The notes below the pieces were generated by a model, which saw nothing but the letters and a program-made list of their open reading frames with translations, did not search any database and was not told the DNA's origin. The position numbers were made by a program, and so were the translations under genes. A stretch of 64,000 bases of DNA, from assembly GCF_009914755.1 (NCBI RefSeq), contig NC_060936.1; one strand, given 5' to 3'. Below, in pieces: positions 25,421-40,200 of the stretch (position 1 is the stretch's first letter; every line of letters begins with the position of its first letter). Source of the DNA: the human T2T-CHM13v2.0 reference genome, Homo sapiens.

Positions 25421-27125
25421 CTTAAGCAAGGAGGTGAAAGACCTCTGCAAAGAAAACTGCAAAACACTGCTGAAAGAAATCATAGACAAAACAAACAAAT
25501 GGAAACACATCCCATGCTCATGGATGGGTAGATTCAATATTGTAAAAATGACCATACTGCCAAAAGCAATCTACAAATTTAATGCAATTCCCATCAAAAT
25601 ACCACCATTGTTCTTCACAGAACTAGATAAAACAATCCTAAAATTCATATGAAACTGAAAAAGAGCCCACATAGCCAAAGCAAGACTAAGCAAAAAGAAC
25701 AAATCTGGAGGCATCACATTACCCAACTTCAAACTATACTATAAGGCCAGACATCATGGTACCGGTATAAAAACAGGCATATGGACCAACGGAACAGAAC
25801 AGAGAACCCAGAAATAAAGCCAAATACTTAAGTCAACTGATCTTTGACAAAGCAAAAGAAAATATATAAAGCGGGGAAAGGACACCCTGTTCAACGAATG
25901 GTGCTGGGATCACTGGCAAGTCACGTGTAGAAGAGTGAAACTGGATCCTTATTTCTCACTTTGTACAAAAATCAACTCAATGGGTCAAAGACTTAAAACT
26001 AAGATCTGAAACCATAAAAATTTTAGAAGACAACTTTGGAAAAACTCTGCTAGACATTGGCTTAGGCAAAGAATTCATGACCAAGAACCCAAAAGCAAGC
26101 ACAATAAAAACAAAGATAAAGAGATGTGAATTAAACTAAAAAGCTTCTGCACAGCAAAGGAAATAATCAGCAGAGTTAATGGTCAACCCACAGAGTGGGA
26201 GAAAATCTTCACAATCTATACATCCAACAAAGGACTAATATCCAGAATCTACAAGGAACTCAAACAAATCAGCAAGAGAAAAACAAAAACAATCCCATCA
26301 GAAAGCGGGCTAGGGACATGAATAGGCAGTTCTCAAAAGAAGACCTACAAACGGTCAACAAACATGAAAAAGTGCTCAACATCATTAATTATCAGGGAAA
26401 TCAAAACCACAGTGTGACACCACCTTACCCCTGCAAAAATGGCTATAAACAAAAAATAAAAAATAAAAGATGTTGGCATGGATGTTTTGAAAAGGGAACA
26501 CTTTTACACTGCTGGCAGGAATGTAAACTAGTACAACCACTATGGAAAACAGTGTGGAGATTCCTCAAAGAACTAAGAGTACATCTACCATTTGATCCAG
26601 CAATCCCACTCCTGGGGATCTACCCAGAGGAAAAGAACTCATTATATGAAAAAGATACTTGGACACGCATGTTTATAGCAGCATAATTCACAATTGCAAA
26701 AATATAGAACCAGCCCAAATGCCCATCAGTCACTGAGTGGATAAAGAAAACTTGGTATATATACCCCAGAATACTACTCAGCCATAAAAAGGAATGAAAT
26801 AACTGCATTTGCAGCAGCCTGGATGGAATTGGAGATCATTATTCTGAGTGAAGTAACTCAGGAATGGAAAACCAAACATCAAATGTTCTCACTCATAAGT
26901 GGGAGCTAAGCTATGCAGATGCAAAGGCATAAAAATGATACAATGGACTTTGGGAACTTGGGGGGAACAATGGGAGTGGGGTAAGGGTTAATAAACTACA
27001 CATTGGGTACAGTGTACACTGCTCAGGTGATGGGTGCATCAAAATCTCAAAAATCACCACTAAAGAACTTATTCATGTAACTAAACACCACGTGTTCCCC
27101 AAAGTCCTATTGAAATAAAAAAAAA
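25421..27125 (+). mobile_element. Non-inverted 3' segment of the same L1PB (ORF2 C-terminus, 3'UTR, A tail)
   Basis: [12 protein letters not shown]...[14 protein letters not shown]; L1PB-type 3'UTR GGGAGCTAAGCTATG...AATCACCACTAAAGAACTTA; A tail. Confidence 0.92.
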
Positions 27126-27651
27126 GTAGGTAGAAAACCAATGAAGTAGAAAATATATCTATTGGATACACTTGCAACAGGAGAGATAAAAACAACAAAA
27201 CACTATCCTTACTCTAGGTGATAGTTCCATGGGACAAAAGTTATACCTTAAGGCCACAGTATAGGTAGACATAGTCTTACTTGGAAAAAGTGAACATTCC
27301 TTGTGTTTTTCATCAGAAGAGCTGTGTCCTCAAGAAGAAAACCAGAACTCTGAACTCTGGTTTTAGGCAGGCAGGAAGGGATTACCTGTCTCTCTGTAGA
27401 CTTTGCACTTTAGGGTCTTGTTGGAGGGTATAACGTTTAATCTCTACTGAGGAATACCCATTACTAGGTCATTCCCCATATTCCTAATAACTCCTTCCCA
27501 GGAGAAGTGCACTGAGTTATCTGATTAATGAGTTTGGAAACAGAAACAGCTCTCCTCCCTCCTACCTTTCTCTTTGGAACAACCTGACTTTGGGCTGTAA
27601 GTATTCTTCTCTGTTCCTCTTTGATAACTTTTTTTTTTTTTTTTTTTACAG

Positions 27652-27739
27652 GAATAGTCCGCCTTTTCCAAATAGTGGAGAAGACAGACATGATTAGATG
27701 CTGTCTGAACTGATTAGACCGTTATGATTAGATGACTCG
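27652..27739 (+). other. Candidate 88-nt non-coding exon
   Basis: Long poly-T tract then ACAG|G acceptor; TCG|GTAAGT donor; stops in all three frames. Confidence 0.4.
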
Positions 27740-28424
27740 GTAAGTCTGTGATTCTGGTGTTCAATATTAAGAACTTGCCCCCACAGATTCAAGCTGCAAT
27801 CTCCTAAATCACTTTTGTCATTAAACAGGGAGGAATTTTTGCCTTCGTTTGCTATTTTGTCTTATTTCTCAATTGCTTCAGAGCTTAGCGAGGAATAGAG
27901 TTATTATATATTGAGCTCTCTCAAAGGCCTCAATAAATATGGACTTCCAAGAGCCAAGCAGAGCTAATGGGTTCTCCCATTGGCCTTTATCATGTGGAAG
28001 AAGTGCATTAACTAGGCAGGAAGACATCCCAGAAAACAGTTCCCAGCTGTAAATAAATATGATTGTAGATTTTTAAAATCTATAATTAAAAAAATCTACA
28101 ATCCTCTTGTGAACCTAAAATTCTGGCCTTTATTTTATGGTTTAACAGAAATTGAAGTCGAGGATTTGTTTTCATGTTTGGTCTATGTGAATGTTAATTG
28201 AAAACAATGTTCTCTCCCAGCCCTCAGTTTACATCAAGTGTGGGGCTGATTGGCCATTATTAATGAAATACTAGCAACATTGTGTCCACAACTTCTAGGA
28301 AACAAAAAAACAACCACCAACAACAAAAACTTCTATTATTTGATCTGCAGTGTTCAGGGAGCATCTTCCTTTTCAGTTTTACAAGTAAGTATTAAAGAGC
28401 TGAACCAAAAAAAAAAAATTATTC

Positions 28425-28734
28425 AACCAGGTGCGGTGGTTCCCACCTGTAATCCCAGCACTTTGGGAGACCAGGTGGGTGGATCGCTTGAGCCCAGGAG
28501 TTCAAGACTAGCCTAGGCAACATGGCAAAACCCTGTCTCTACAAAAAAAATAATAATAATACTAATACAAAAATTAGCCTGGTGTGGTGGCACACTCCTG
28601 TAGTCTCAACTACTTAGGAGACTGAGGTGGGTGAATCGCTTGAGCCTGGGAGGTCAAGGCTGCAGAGCTGTGTTTGCACCACTGCACTCCAGCCTGGGCC
28701 GCAAAGTGAGACCCTGTCTCAAAAGAAAAAAAAA
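28425..28734 (+). mobile_element. AluJ-type
   Basis: GGATCGCTTGAGCCCAGGAG and GAGGTCAAGGCTGCAG diagnostics; degenerate TSD AAAA(T)TATTC. Confidence 0.9.
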
Positions 28735-29930
28735 TATTCTATTGAAGATGTTCTGACCATATGCACCATTTGTTCCTGCAATGCAGGCCTCTGAAGACTT
28801 TCTGGTTCGTATCCTTTCTGAGTACTGGTTTAAATTTTTCCTCAATTCATCTAGCTTCCCCATGTCTTTCCATTAAATCCCTTCCTCTGCTTAGGTTAAC
28901 CAGAATCTCTTTCTGATGATTGCAACCAAAAACGTAACTGATTCATTTTGCTTAAATAGATATTCAAATCTTTCCATTTACCTCATGAGAGCAAAAGGTG
29001 CATTTCTAGATTTCTGGTGAGTGAATATAATGACTAAATCTAAATAGAATGACCATGGTTTCCTCCTGTGAACCTTACATTTTTTGGAGATTAGGAGGGA
29101 GGGTATATTGTAGTTCTTGACATCCAGGCTGTTTAAATGGGAATCAATTTTTTGGACATTCACTCCATGAAGTTGTGTGTATTCCAGGTGCTTACCAGGG
29201 TGCCTACCACATTCTAGGCATAAAATCAAAGAACACATTCACCACATCCTTCCAGCAGCATTCACTGTTATGGTGGTGTTTTATCTTGAAGTCTAAGTTC
29301 TTTGATAGAAAAGACTGTGAAGTGTTACTTTGCCTACTAAGACACCACACATGGAGCTGGCATCCCTTATTGTCATCCACAGATGATCATGCTCACCTTG
29401 CATGCATGTTAAGTGAATTTAAGTTCTATTGTGTATACTGCTGACCATCTTGCACTGGGCTGTATTTTTATGACCCAGCTCTTGGTTTTACTTTCACATG
29501 AAAAAAGATAACCGAAATTCCCAAATGCCAGATAATTTCAAATTCTACAGTAGTTTTGGAGATTTCTTTAAAAGAAGTATAAACAACATATGCCTTCAAG
29601 ATCCAAAGCATCTGCTAAAAGCCTTTACACTTTACATCCTTAATCTGTGAGCGGATTATAGAGTAATTCTCTGCCACTGGAGGATGGCTGGTATAGCTGG
29701 ATAAGCTAGAGATATTACAGTCTGCAATTCCTACCCTGGGGATTAGTAAGGGCTCTCTACGTGCATGTGGTTGAGAGCATTTTGTAAGAAGCTGTCTCTT
29801 TAATTTCTAACATGTATCATAAGCTAGTTTCACTGTCTTTTATGAGACATTACAAATTTCAAATCCCATTCAAGCAATGGGCACATTTTGCTTGAGACCA
29901 TCCTGCAACTTGCCATCTGAGAAGTTCCTA

Positions 29931-30266
<336 letters not shown>

Positions 30267-30285
30267 TTATAGCTCTGAATAATGA

Positions 30286-30691
<406 letters not shown>

Positions 30692-31959
30692 TGAATGTTT
30701 GAGTCCTCTAGATGATCAAAAGCAAACTCTACATCTATCGAAGATACCTTAGTTTGCTTGCTTCAAGATAATTTGAAGGCCTCACCTGATCATAGAAATC
30801 TCATAAAATGGGACAAATGATTTCAATCTAGTCTGTATACCTCCAAACTGTCATTAAAAAAATACAGGCTCCAGTATTTTTGAAGTATTCATTGAAGTAT
30901 ACAAGTAATTTTCGAGGATGGATTTGCATTGTCTGTCTTCTAGTTGTATTTGTTTGATTAAGAGACACTTTTGTCTCCAGAAAGATATTCAATGTGTGAG
31001 CATTATAGATAGAACTTGACTGCTTCAAAACTTCTCTGGCTCCCCTCATCTACACTGTACCCTAAATTTACTGCATCCTGCAAGGTCAGGAAGGCAACTA
31101 GACCAAGTTTTCCCTCCTTTCCTCCAGCTCCACTCTCATTAGCTACTATCCTTCCTGGAATACATAACACTAATAGTTCTTTATTTGCCTAGTCTATTTT
31201 AAGCCATCAGCAAATGGAAGCCACTCTTCTGAACCTCCTATTGCAGCAATTCCCCAGAATTGAAAAAAAAAAAAAAAGGCCATCTGTTGTCTCAACTATC
31301 TGTGGAGCTAAAGTAAAGGCTTTAACTTAATGCTCTTCAGCAGAGTAATAGGAAAACATCCATCACCCAGTGACAGGTTAGGTCGACTGTCCCAACAGAT
31401 GGATGTCTGCCGTTGCACACATTAAGGAAACAGAGTTGATCACTCCAAGGATACAATAAAATCTCAGAACTTCCAAGAAACTAAGAACTACTGCAAAGGG
31501 GATAGATTCTTCCAGAATACAAAAGCTATTTCCTAATTGTGCACCTGGTGCATTCCAAATTCACATTAAACTCTCAGGCCTTGGTGTTGCAGACTAGGTT
31601 ATTGCTCTGAGGTACTAGATGCATTAGGCTTTTGACCTTTCAACTCCTGAGAATTAGCAAAACTTCTCTGATTGCTCATCCTGTGTGGAGGCAAGCCGGC
31701 TCTGAAAGCCTGAATTGAAGGCCTGGAAAAGTGGTGAGAGGCAGTTCCATGACAGAACTGACATATTCAGGATTTCTGTGCAGCAGCCTCAATTGAATCA
31801 CTCTCTTCTCCTCTCTGACACTCAAACTTTCTCTCAATCTTGTTCTAATTTGGCCAGAAGAGGGAAGTCTCTATCTTCCCATCACTGAACCTATAAATCT
31901 GACTTTACCCACACCCATTTTCTCCATCTAGTTATGAAAAGGAATCACTGTTAATATTT

Positions 31960-32165
31960 AGTAAACATTTATTACATAACAGGCAATGTCCTAAGTACTT
32001 TACATATATAAGCTCATTTGGTTCTCAAATAGCTCTGTGTGGTAAGTAATTATATTATCACCATTTTATTGGATGAGGCCACTGAATACAGAGAGTTCAG
32101 GCAACTTGCTTAGTCACAGAGCCAGGAGGTCTCAGAGCCAGGATTCAAACTCAGGTATTCTAACT
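31960..32165 (-). mobile_element. MIR
   Basis: CTAAGTACTTTACATAT...CCATTTTATTGGATGAGGCCACTGA...AGCCAGGATTCAAACTCAGG. Confidence 0.65.
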
Positions 32166-32344
32166 ACAGAACCCATCTTACCTGCTGCACTGTACTGACT
32201 GAGGAGAGCCACCTGCTATGGATAAGTGCCTCCTCCTGTGCTCTCACGCCATCCTTCAGCAAAGATTGAGTGAGAACCCACTCTGTGTCTGGGCTAGGTT
32301 CTGGGATATAATTATATGCAAAAACAGATACTAAAGAGGTAGTC

Positions 32345-32631
32345 AGCCAAGCACAGTGGCTCATGACTGTAATCCCAGCAATTTGGGAGGCCAAGGCAGG
32401 CAGAACACTTAGGCCCAGGAATTCAAGACCAGCCTGGGCAACATGCCAAAACCCTGTCTCTACAAAAAATAATTTTAAAAAAAGTAGCTGGGCATGGTGG
32501 TGCATGTCTGTAGTACCTGTGAGGCTGAGATGGAAGAATCACCTGAGCCCAGGAAGTAGACGCAACAGTGAACCATGATTGTGCCACTGCACTCCAGCCT
32601 GGGCAACAGAGTAAAATCTTGTTTCAAAAAA
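32345..32631 (+). mobile_element. AluJ-type
   Basis: Diverged Alu; TSD AAAGAGGTAGT. Confidence 0.85.
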
Positions 32632-33052
32632 GAGGTAGTTATGCTAACTCATATGTAATGAATGAAAAAGTGAGAAAGGAATACACTATTAAGAGCACAT
32701 ATAATGAAAGGACCTTGCCCTAAACAGGGGGATCAGAGGAGGCTTCCCAGGAGGAGATATGTTTAAGCTGAACAATGGAGAATGAACGGGGATTACCTTG
32801 GGCAAGAGGAGCAACGACGGTCATTATGGAGGGAAGCAGGAGATGTCAAAGATGAGTCCAGGCTTGCGGTTGGCTCATCTAAAGGCCACTAGTTACTCAC
32901 TCTTTTCTGAAGATGAACACATAAGCAATTTCTTGATCTTTACCTTTGACTGAAAGTCCTTCATCATATAGTATTTTATATATTTTGTACATTTATATAT
33001 TTTAACAAAATATTAAAATGTATAATATAAATATATATTTATACAAATATAA

Positions 33053-33054
<2 letters not shown>

Positions 33055-33100
<46 letters not shown>
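33055..33100 (+). repeat. (AC)n microsatellite, about 23 units
   Basis: Directly visible, uninterrupted. Confidence 0.97.
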
Positions 33101-33104
<4 letters not shown>

Positions 33105-34150
33105 CCATCCAAAAGAAGGAAACAAGAAAACCACCCCTGAAACATTGAGAAATGGCATGGTGAAGGGGGAAAAGCAATGAATTAGGACCCAGAAATTCAT
33201 AGGTTTAGTCCTGGCTGAGCCATTAGTTTACTGTTGACCTTGGCCTTGGTTTCTCCATCTTTAAGATGGAGGTAGTAGTGCCTGCCTTAGTTCGCCCTCC
33301 AGAGTCACTGCGAAGATTAAATGCTATAATCTATAAGGGGGAAAACTTAGAAAACATTCTCATGCTTTGGCTAAGAGCTTTGGAAAGCACTTAGTTACGT
33401 GGAGATTCCAGGGAAGTTTCCTTCAGTTTTCTCTGCATTATTAGATTTCTTGTTGTAGAAAAGTGTGTGCGCTTTGTGAACCAGGTTTTCAGAGCCTCCA
33501 GATTTCCTTAAGTACAGCACATGTCCCTGAGGGTATATGGCACACACTTCCCTTTTAACAACTGCACATTTCACTTAATGTTTAGTGTTTCTGCTTCAAA
33601 ATGAATGCTACTCCATGGCTGGTGTGGGTGAATAGCCCACACTGGTCTTAGTTCAGTTTGTGTCAGTGATTAGCTCAGCTGAAATTGGTTGGGAAAGGAG
33701 GAGAACACTGTTCAGCTTGATAAAAATAAAGTACATTCTTTCAATAAAGAGGGAGTGAACAGAAAGCAATTGACTGTGGAGAAGGCAGGTGACCTAACAA
33801 CTACAGAAGAGAATTTAAAGTTTGGCATTGGAAGCCACTGACTTCCAATTCTAATGTGACATATTGAATTGTGTGACTTGGACATGCACACACATACATA
33901 TACATGTGTACATGTTTATGTTTCTATACATATTTCTGCATGAATATGTAAATATATGTGTATTTATATTCATAATGCACTCTCAAGTTCAAAGACTCTG
34001 AGCCACATTAGTGTACAGTTTTATAATTTAAGATGATTTTGTTATCAAAAAATTGGAACTTCTACCTATTTAAAACTTATTTCTACTGTTTTAAGTGAAA
34101 ATATTTAGTTGTAAACAGCAGACAGCCATTCTAAGGAAAAAAATTATTAA

Positions 34151-34435
<285 letters not shown>

Positions 34436-36578
34436 TAAAAGGCTTTTGAGTAGCTCGTGGAATTGCCAGGTGCCTTAGAGAAGATTCTGAACTCTATAGC
34501 CAGGAACAATGCTCAGAATCAAATTGCAGAACCTTTCTGGTGAGGACATCATAGCTGCTTATGATCCCTAGATTCTATGGGCAGCTGCCACCACTACCAG
34601 AGTCTTCCTTGCAATGCGAGCTTCTTGCATCATGACTTCTAGATTCCAAGTATGCAAAGGTACATATTACTGGGGAACCTGGGCCACATGCTCGCGCCTA
34701 GCTCTAGAGAAATTTGGGAAACAATAAGTATGTATGCAGCATTTTTAGCTTCTGTACTAGTTGATAACATGAGCTTCCACCAAGAATCCTAAAGCGTGGA
34801 AGTCTTCAAATATGGGTAAGAAGTTCTGATGTTTATTGGACAATCAAAAAGAGTGACATTTGTGTACCATGACAGAGTAGTGCTAATAGATGCTAATTCC
34901 AAAGATAAGAGGCTGAGCCTGGCTTTCAGTCTTTAAGAAAGTATTTGAAAAACAGAGTCTATACAATGAATTCCTGATTTTAGGAAAAGCTGCACAGTCT
35001 CCCAGGAATACCCTGACAGATCAGAGCAGTAATAAAGCAACACAGCTCAGGCCTAAGGAGCAGATACTTCTAGAAAAGTTTCAACAACAGAAACCTGATT
35101 AAAAAAAAAAAAAAAGCATAGCCATTGATATAAAACATATGACACATATCTTAGTTGGACTCTCAAAACATTTCTCACTTCTCTACAACAAACAATGCTT
35201 CCAAAAATGGCCCATGCCCTGTCTCTAGGAGATGAATTGGATTCAACTCATCCCATTTCAGAGCACGTTTGATAGAGTTCATGTACCAAGCCCTTCCTGT
35301 GGGCTGAGGAACTTTCCGTGGGCTGAGGAACTTCTCAACTTCCACTGTTCCATAGTGGGGAAAAATTCATTTGGTAAGCTGTTAAAAACTCCTAGTCATT
35401 AAATGAAGTTTGCTCTGCCTTGGGTCAAAAATAAAAAGGCCTATTGCCTCTTAAATTACCATGTCTGAGGCCATTTGTAGTAGTTCCTTGCTATTCTTGA
35501 GGAGGAAAAAAAGGCACGATCCTCTGCAAAAATGGTAGTTATGCTCTTTTAGGAGCCACCTCCTTGACACAGGTGGGGAGGCTTAGTTGGGTGAGGGGTC
35601 CCAGCTAAGCAAACCTCTGGGAAGGCCCAGCCTGGGCATAGCCAGTGTGTCCTCATGCCAAGATCTTCCCAGAATGAGTCTTGGGAGGATTTAGGTCTCT
35701 GAGTGTGGAAAGCTGGGCAGGAGCCAGCACACCTTCTCCAGAGGCACAGAAACTTGGGGGCACAGTACCAAATAGCCATTCTTTCTTTACCTAGTCTCTA
35801 GTCACCCTTTGGAAAAAAGGTTTTAGTATTCATTTTAACATCCCACAATTGCAGAGTGGCCACCTGTCACCTCTCACCACAGATCCACAACCACAGTCCC
35901 CCCAGAGTCTCTGACAGAAGGTCCTGCTTGCAGAGGAAGCAATTCAACAGGCCTTTGGAAGGCAGCCGAGCAGCAGCAGGAGGCCTATTAAATCCACAAT
36001 TTCAGAATCTCAGGGTGGGCATTTTCTTGTGGCGTATTAAGTAACACACCTACTCAAGTTACTGTGTGAACTCAGTGGACAGCTGCCCTTTCAGTGAGAA
36101 GCGTATGCTTGTACTGCGCTGTCCCCACCCCCACCACCCCCAAGTTCAATCACAGACCCTTCAGAGATGTTTGGCCTGAGAAGAGCAGTGGAAATGGAGT
36201 GAAGCTTGGATGAAGATGTCGAAGGCCAGGAGTCACCCCTTAATGAAGAGCTCCAAATGCCTGGGGGTTCACCCAAGGGCCAGAACCAGAGAACAGTTGC
36301 ATTTACCCAAAATAGAGATAGACACAGGTAGAAGAATCTACTCGAAGTGGAAATGGCCTCTTTCTCATATTCGCCCTTGAAAAAATATGGGAGGAAGAAC
36401 GGGAAATGGTGGTTCCGAGAATTGATTCTCAAGTCAGAATCATGTGCACTCAAATCACTTAAAGAATTGGCATGACCTTGAACAAATCTTGCTTACTCTC
36501 TGTTAAGTTTTGTTTTTCTCTATCATGATAAGAAATACCATGGTCGTGAGAAATAAATGAGATATTAAATGTAAAACA

Positions 36579-36929
<351 letters not shown>

Positions 36930-38342
36930 TTATGTATCAGTTATTTTAATGTTTTCATAGATAGTGGTTAAACTGGTGTGGTTACTATGTCCCTCTTTCC
37001 TCCACTTGGTAAATAAGATATATTTTCCTTTAAGGTAGGGTGATGTACTGTTTGTATTTAATGTTTTTATTTCATAGTGTGTTTCTATTTAATGAAAAAC
37101 TTAAAGGAAAACTTCACTGTGTGCCACCTGCTTTGTGCATTGTAAAATGGATGCTGTCTTCATAGAATTTCTTCCTGAAAGGGATTCTGATGGAACTAAA
37201 CAAGAAGAATTCTATGTGAGAGGGAAAATTCAGAACCCGAAAAGGAAACCCAAAAAAGAAGTTAAGAGAGGGAAGTGTGTGGAAATACCATTTACTAATA
37301 CACTCCTTTCACTCCCCTATAGACTGAGTAATATAACATTGACCAATATAGAGCGTCATGGAAATGCTCATGCATAATGGAAGTAATGGTCAGACTTGAA
37401 CAGAGCTTAACTTTGCTTTCATTGGGCATCCGCTTCACAGCATTGAGGCCAGCTTTCTGCAGTGAAGGAGAAGGGCATGAAATATAGATTGCCAGGCCTC
37501 TGGGGACTCTGAGGAATGAGAGGTACTAAATAAGGATGAAATTCATCCTGGTCTTATTACACTGCCCTCTTCCATCTCTCATATCATGAAGTAAGTTTGG
37601 CAAGAGAGTAGAAGAAAGAGAGAATCAGCTTAAATAATAGGGAAGGAAATCTGTTCCTGGGCAATTTTTTTGGCAAGTTTGACAATAAATAAAGAGTGAG
37701 ATAATGAGACTAGCTCAGTAATTCTCTGACTTTCTCATCCTTTATCCCTTCAGAGAGCCTGTTTGGTCTCTCCCACTAACGGGAGAGCTGTAGGAATAGC
37801 TTTCCTCTGTTTTGCTTCAGAAGGAAAATATGCTAAGGGAGACAAGAACAGACCTAGGAGGCACAGAAAGTGAACATGAAGAAAGGGTGGTGTCAAAGAA
37901 AAAGGGGCCTTTGGCAGATCTGTGATCTGGAAAAAGGGGAATCGGAGGTGATCCTGTGGAAGGAAAAGCATCTACTAATGCATTTTACATCAAATTTCTG
38001 TTCAGATTCTGACAACTCTGATTTCTTTAAATCTTTTGCAATTGCCCCACAGCCTTTCGACATACTGTGACTCCCAACCTGAAAACATTTGACAACACGG
38101 GTTATATGAATAAACAACAGAAAAACCCTGTGCTCCAAACTTGAGTCTTTTGAAAGCCTTTGCTTCTGACATTTCCTACTTTAAAAAATAAATGCCTTTC
38201 TTCTTAAGGAACACTAGACAATGAGAACAGATTTTTAAATTTTAATTTTTTTTTTAATGAAAATCCTATTCAGATGCATACTGATTCACAGGAGATTTGA
38301 AATGTCTCCAATTACCAATTTGGAATTTTAAGCAGATCTTGG

Positions 38343-38760
38343 AATCATAGACATCTAGACATGGGAGGTATCATAGAGGCCAACTCATTCAGAGTCCACC
38401 TGTTGCAAGAATCCCCTACGTGTGTAACAATTGGATGGTAATTGACCTAGGCATGGAGAACTCAGTAATTTTCAATGCAGATCGTTCCTTTGTTGAGAAG
38501 CCATCATGTCAGAAGGTTCTTTATTATAAAGTCAAGTCTACCTCTGTTCTTTCACCCCAATGTTTACCCATTGGCCTTAGTTCTGTCCTTTATAAGTTCA
38601 CATCATAACTCTACAATCAATAACTCTTCTATGTAATTTCCCTTAAAATATGTGAAAACAGTTCTCATTTCCCTCATTAGTTTTCTCTTTTCCAGGTAAG
38701 GAGATGGGTCCCTTCTCTGTACTCATTCCTCAATTGATATAATTTCCAGACAATTCCCCA
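38343..38760 (-). mobile_element. L3/CR1 3' end fragment
   Basis: Reverse complement gives LEKRKLMREMRTVFTYFKG (CR1 LEKRRLRGDMI.VFKY.KG) and ends ...TCTATGATTC, typical of CR1 3' termini. Confidence 0.7.
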
Positions 38761-39916
38761 TCCCCATAACTCTGTAGAAGTTTCTTTCTTCCTTCACTTT
38801 TTTTTTGTTTTACAAGGCAAACTTTCCTAGAAGAGCAAAGAAAACATTCTTTTCCAAGATCTGACTGGGCTTAGCCATTTCGTACACATTATGGCATGTG
38901 ATAGTGGACTATAAAAACTTTTATTGCTGTGCATTTGAATAAAGGATGACTGCATTTGTTAAGCAAGCTCTTTCCAAACAAGTCATAATAAAAAGTTTAC
39001 AGCATCCCACTTCATCACATAACTTTTTAATGCTGCTCCTTTTGTTCGGTTTTGGTTCTGGTTTTCAGTCCTTCTTCACTTTTTTTCCCCTTGAACTATC
39101 AGAGTTATTCTGGAAATTCCCATGGAGAGTTTCAAGTTGGAAGCCTGGTCCTAAAAGGCCTTTTTCTTGAGACCCTCTCCTGGATTTGGACCATGAATCA
39201 GACAGAAATAATGATGCCATCTGCATGGTAGGGCCCAGTGCAGTGCATGTGTGCAGTATAAAGTCAGTTTATATATGGCTTGAAATTGTATCCCAGGGTT
39301 TGGAAAATGCAGAAGTTTATGCGATGGATATCATGACCACACATGAGGTGTTGTGAAGATACATATGTATCTTAAAATATACATATCTGCAAGAATATAC
39401 ATATCTGTATATATGTATAATGGAGAGCTTTAAACTATCAAAGCCTTCAGGCAAATATTTTATGGCTATCTAATGGTGGGTATTTATAACTTAGCCTCTT
39501 GACTTCAGAAGTTGAGATTTGGCACTGCAAACACCAAGTAAATACCAGGCATGATTAGTGTAGGAACTTCATGCCATTGGCATTAAAAAAAATTAAGATG
39601 GTCTTACTTTAAACATTTGTTCCAATGTATAGAAGAAGTAGTAACATTTTTTAAGGCACCAGGGCTGATTTTAAGATGCCTTTCTCTGGGATTCTGATTT
39701 TAAACATTTACCTTTGGGCTTAAAAAACATCTCTGTCTATGAAAAGAATAGGATAAGTTAAAAGACTTAAAGAAGTCTTTCCCTCTTCATTACCCACAGC
39801 CTCTCTTCAAAATATTATCAATATTTGTGGGTATGCTGGGAGTAAGAGGATAAGCTGGTCAGTGTAGCTTTAGTTAGAGGGAAAAACTCTGTAACTACTT
39901 TAAGGTATCAAATGGG

Positions 39917-40200
39917 GAACAGTTGGAAAAGCAAGCTTGATTAAAGACAGCTAACATCACTTCAGGAAGGGGAGTCGTGCCTAACTAATTTGTTGGAATT
40001 CTTTGAGGAAATCGCTGCCCCAGTGAGCTGGATGGGGGAAGGGAGGAGATTATAGACTAAGTTTTTCAGAAAGCGCTCTACAGAATTCTCCACTGTTGGT
40101 TGAAATGTTTAAGGTCTGAAGTCATGGAAGTGTAGGACAATCGGCATATTGGACTAAAAACTGGCAAAAGGGGAGGAAAGAAAGGGTAACTATGGACAGA
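39917..40200 (+). mobile_element. CR1/L3-clade reverse transcriptase fossil
   Basis: With frameshifts and stops: LIKDS*HHFRKG-SCLTNLLEFFEEI...VFQKALYRILH...KV*SHGSVGQSAYWTKNWQKGRKERV, matching CR1 RT (QHGFRKGRSCLTNLLEFFE, DFQKAFDKVPH, WI.NWL.GRKQRV). Confidence 0.85.

Noticed and set aside
25038-26808. RT-like ORFs as a functional gene or novel retroelement
   Set aside because: They are broken L1 ORF2 pieces from a truncated, inverted L1PB with stops and frameshifts.
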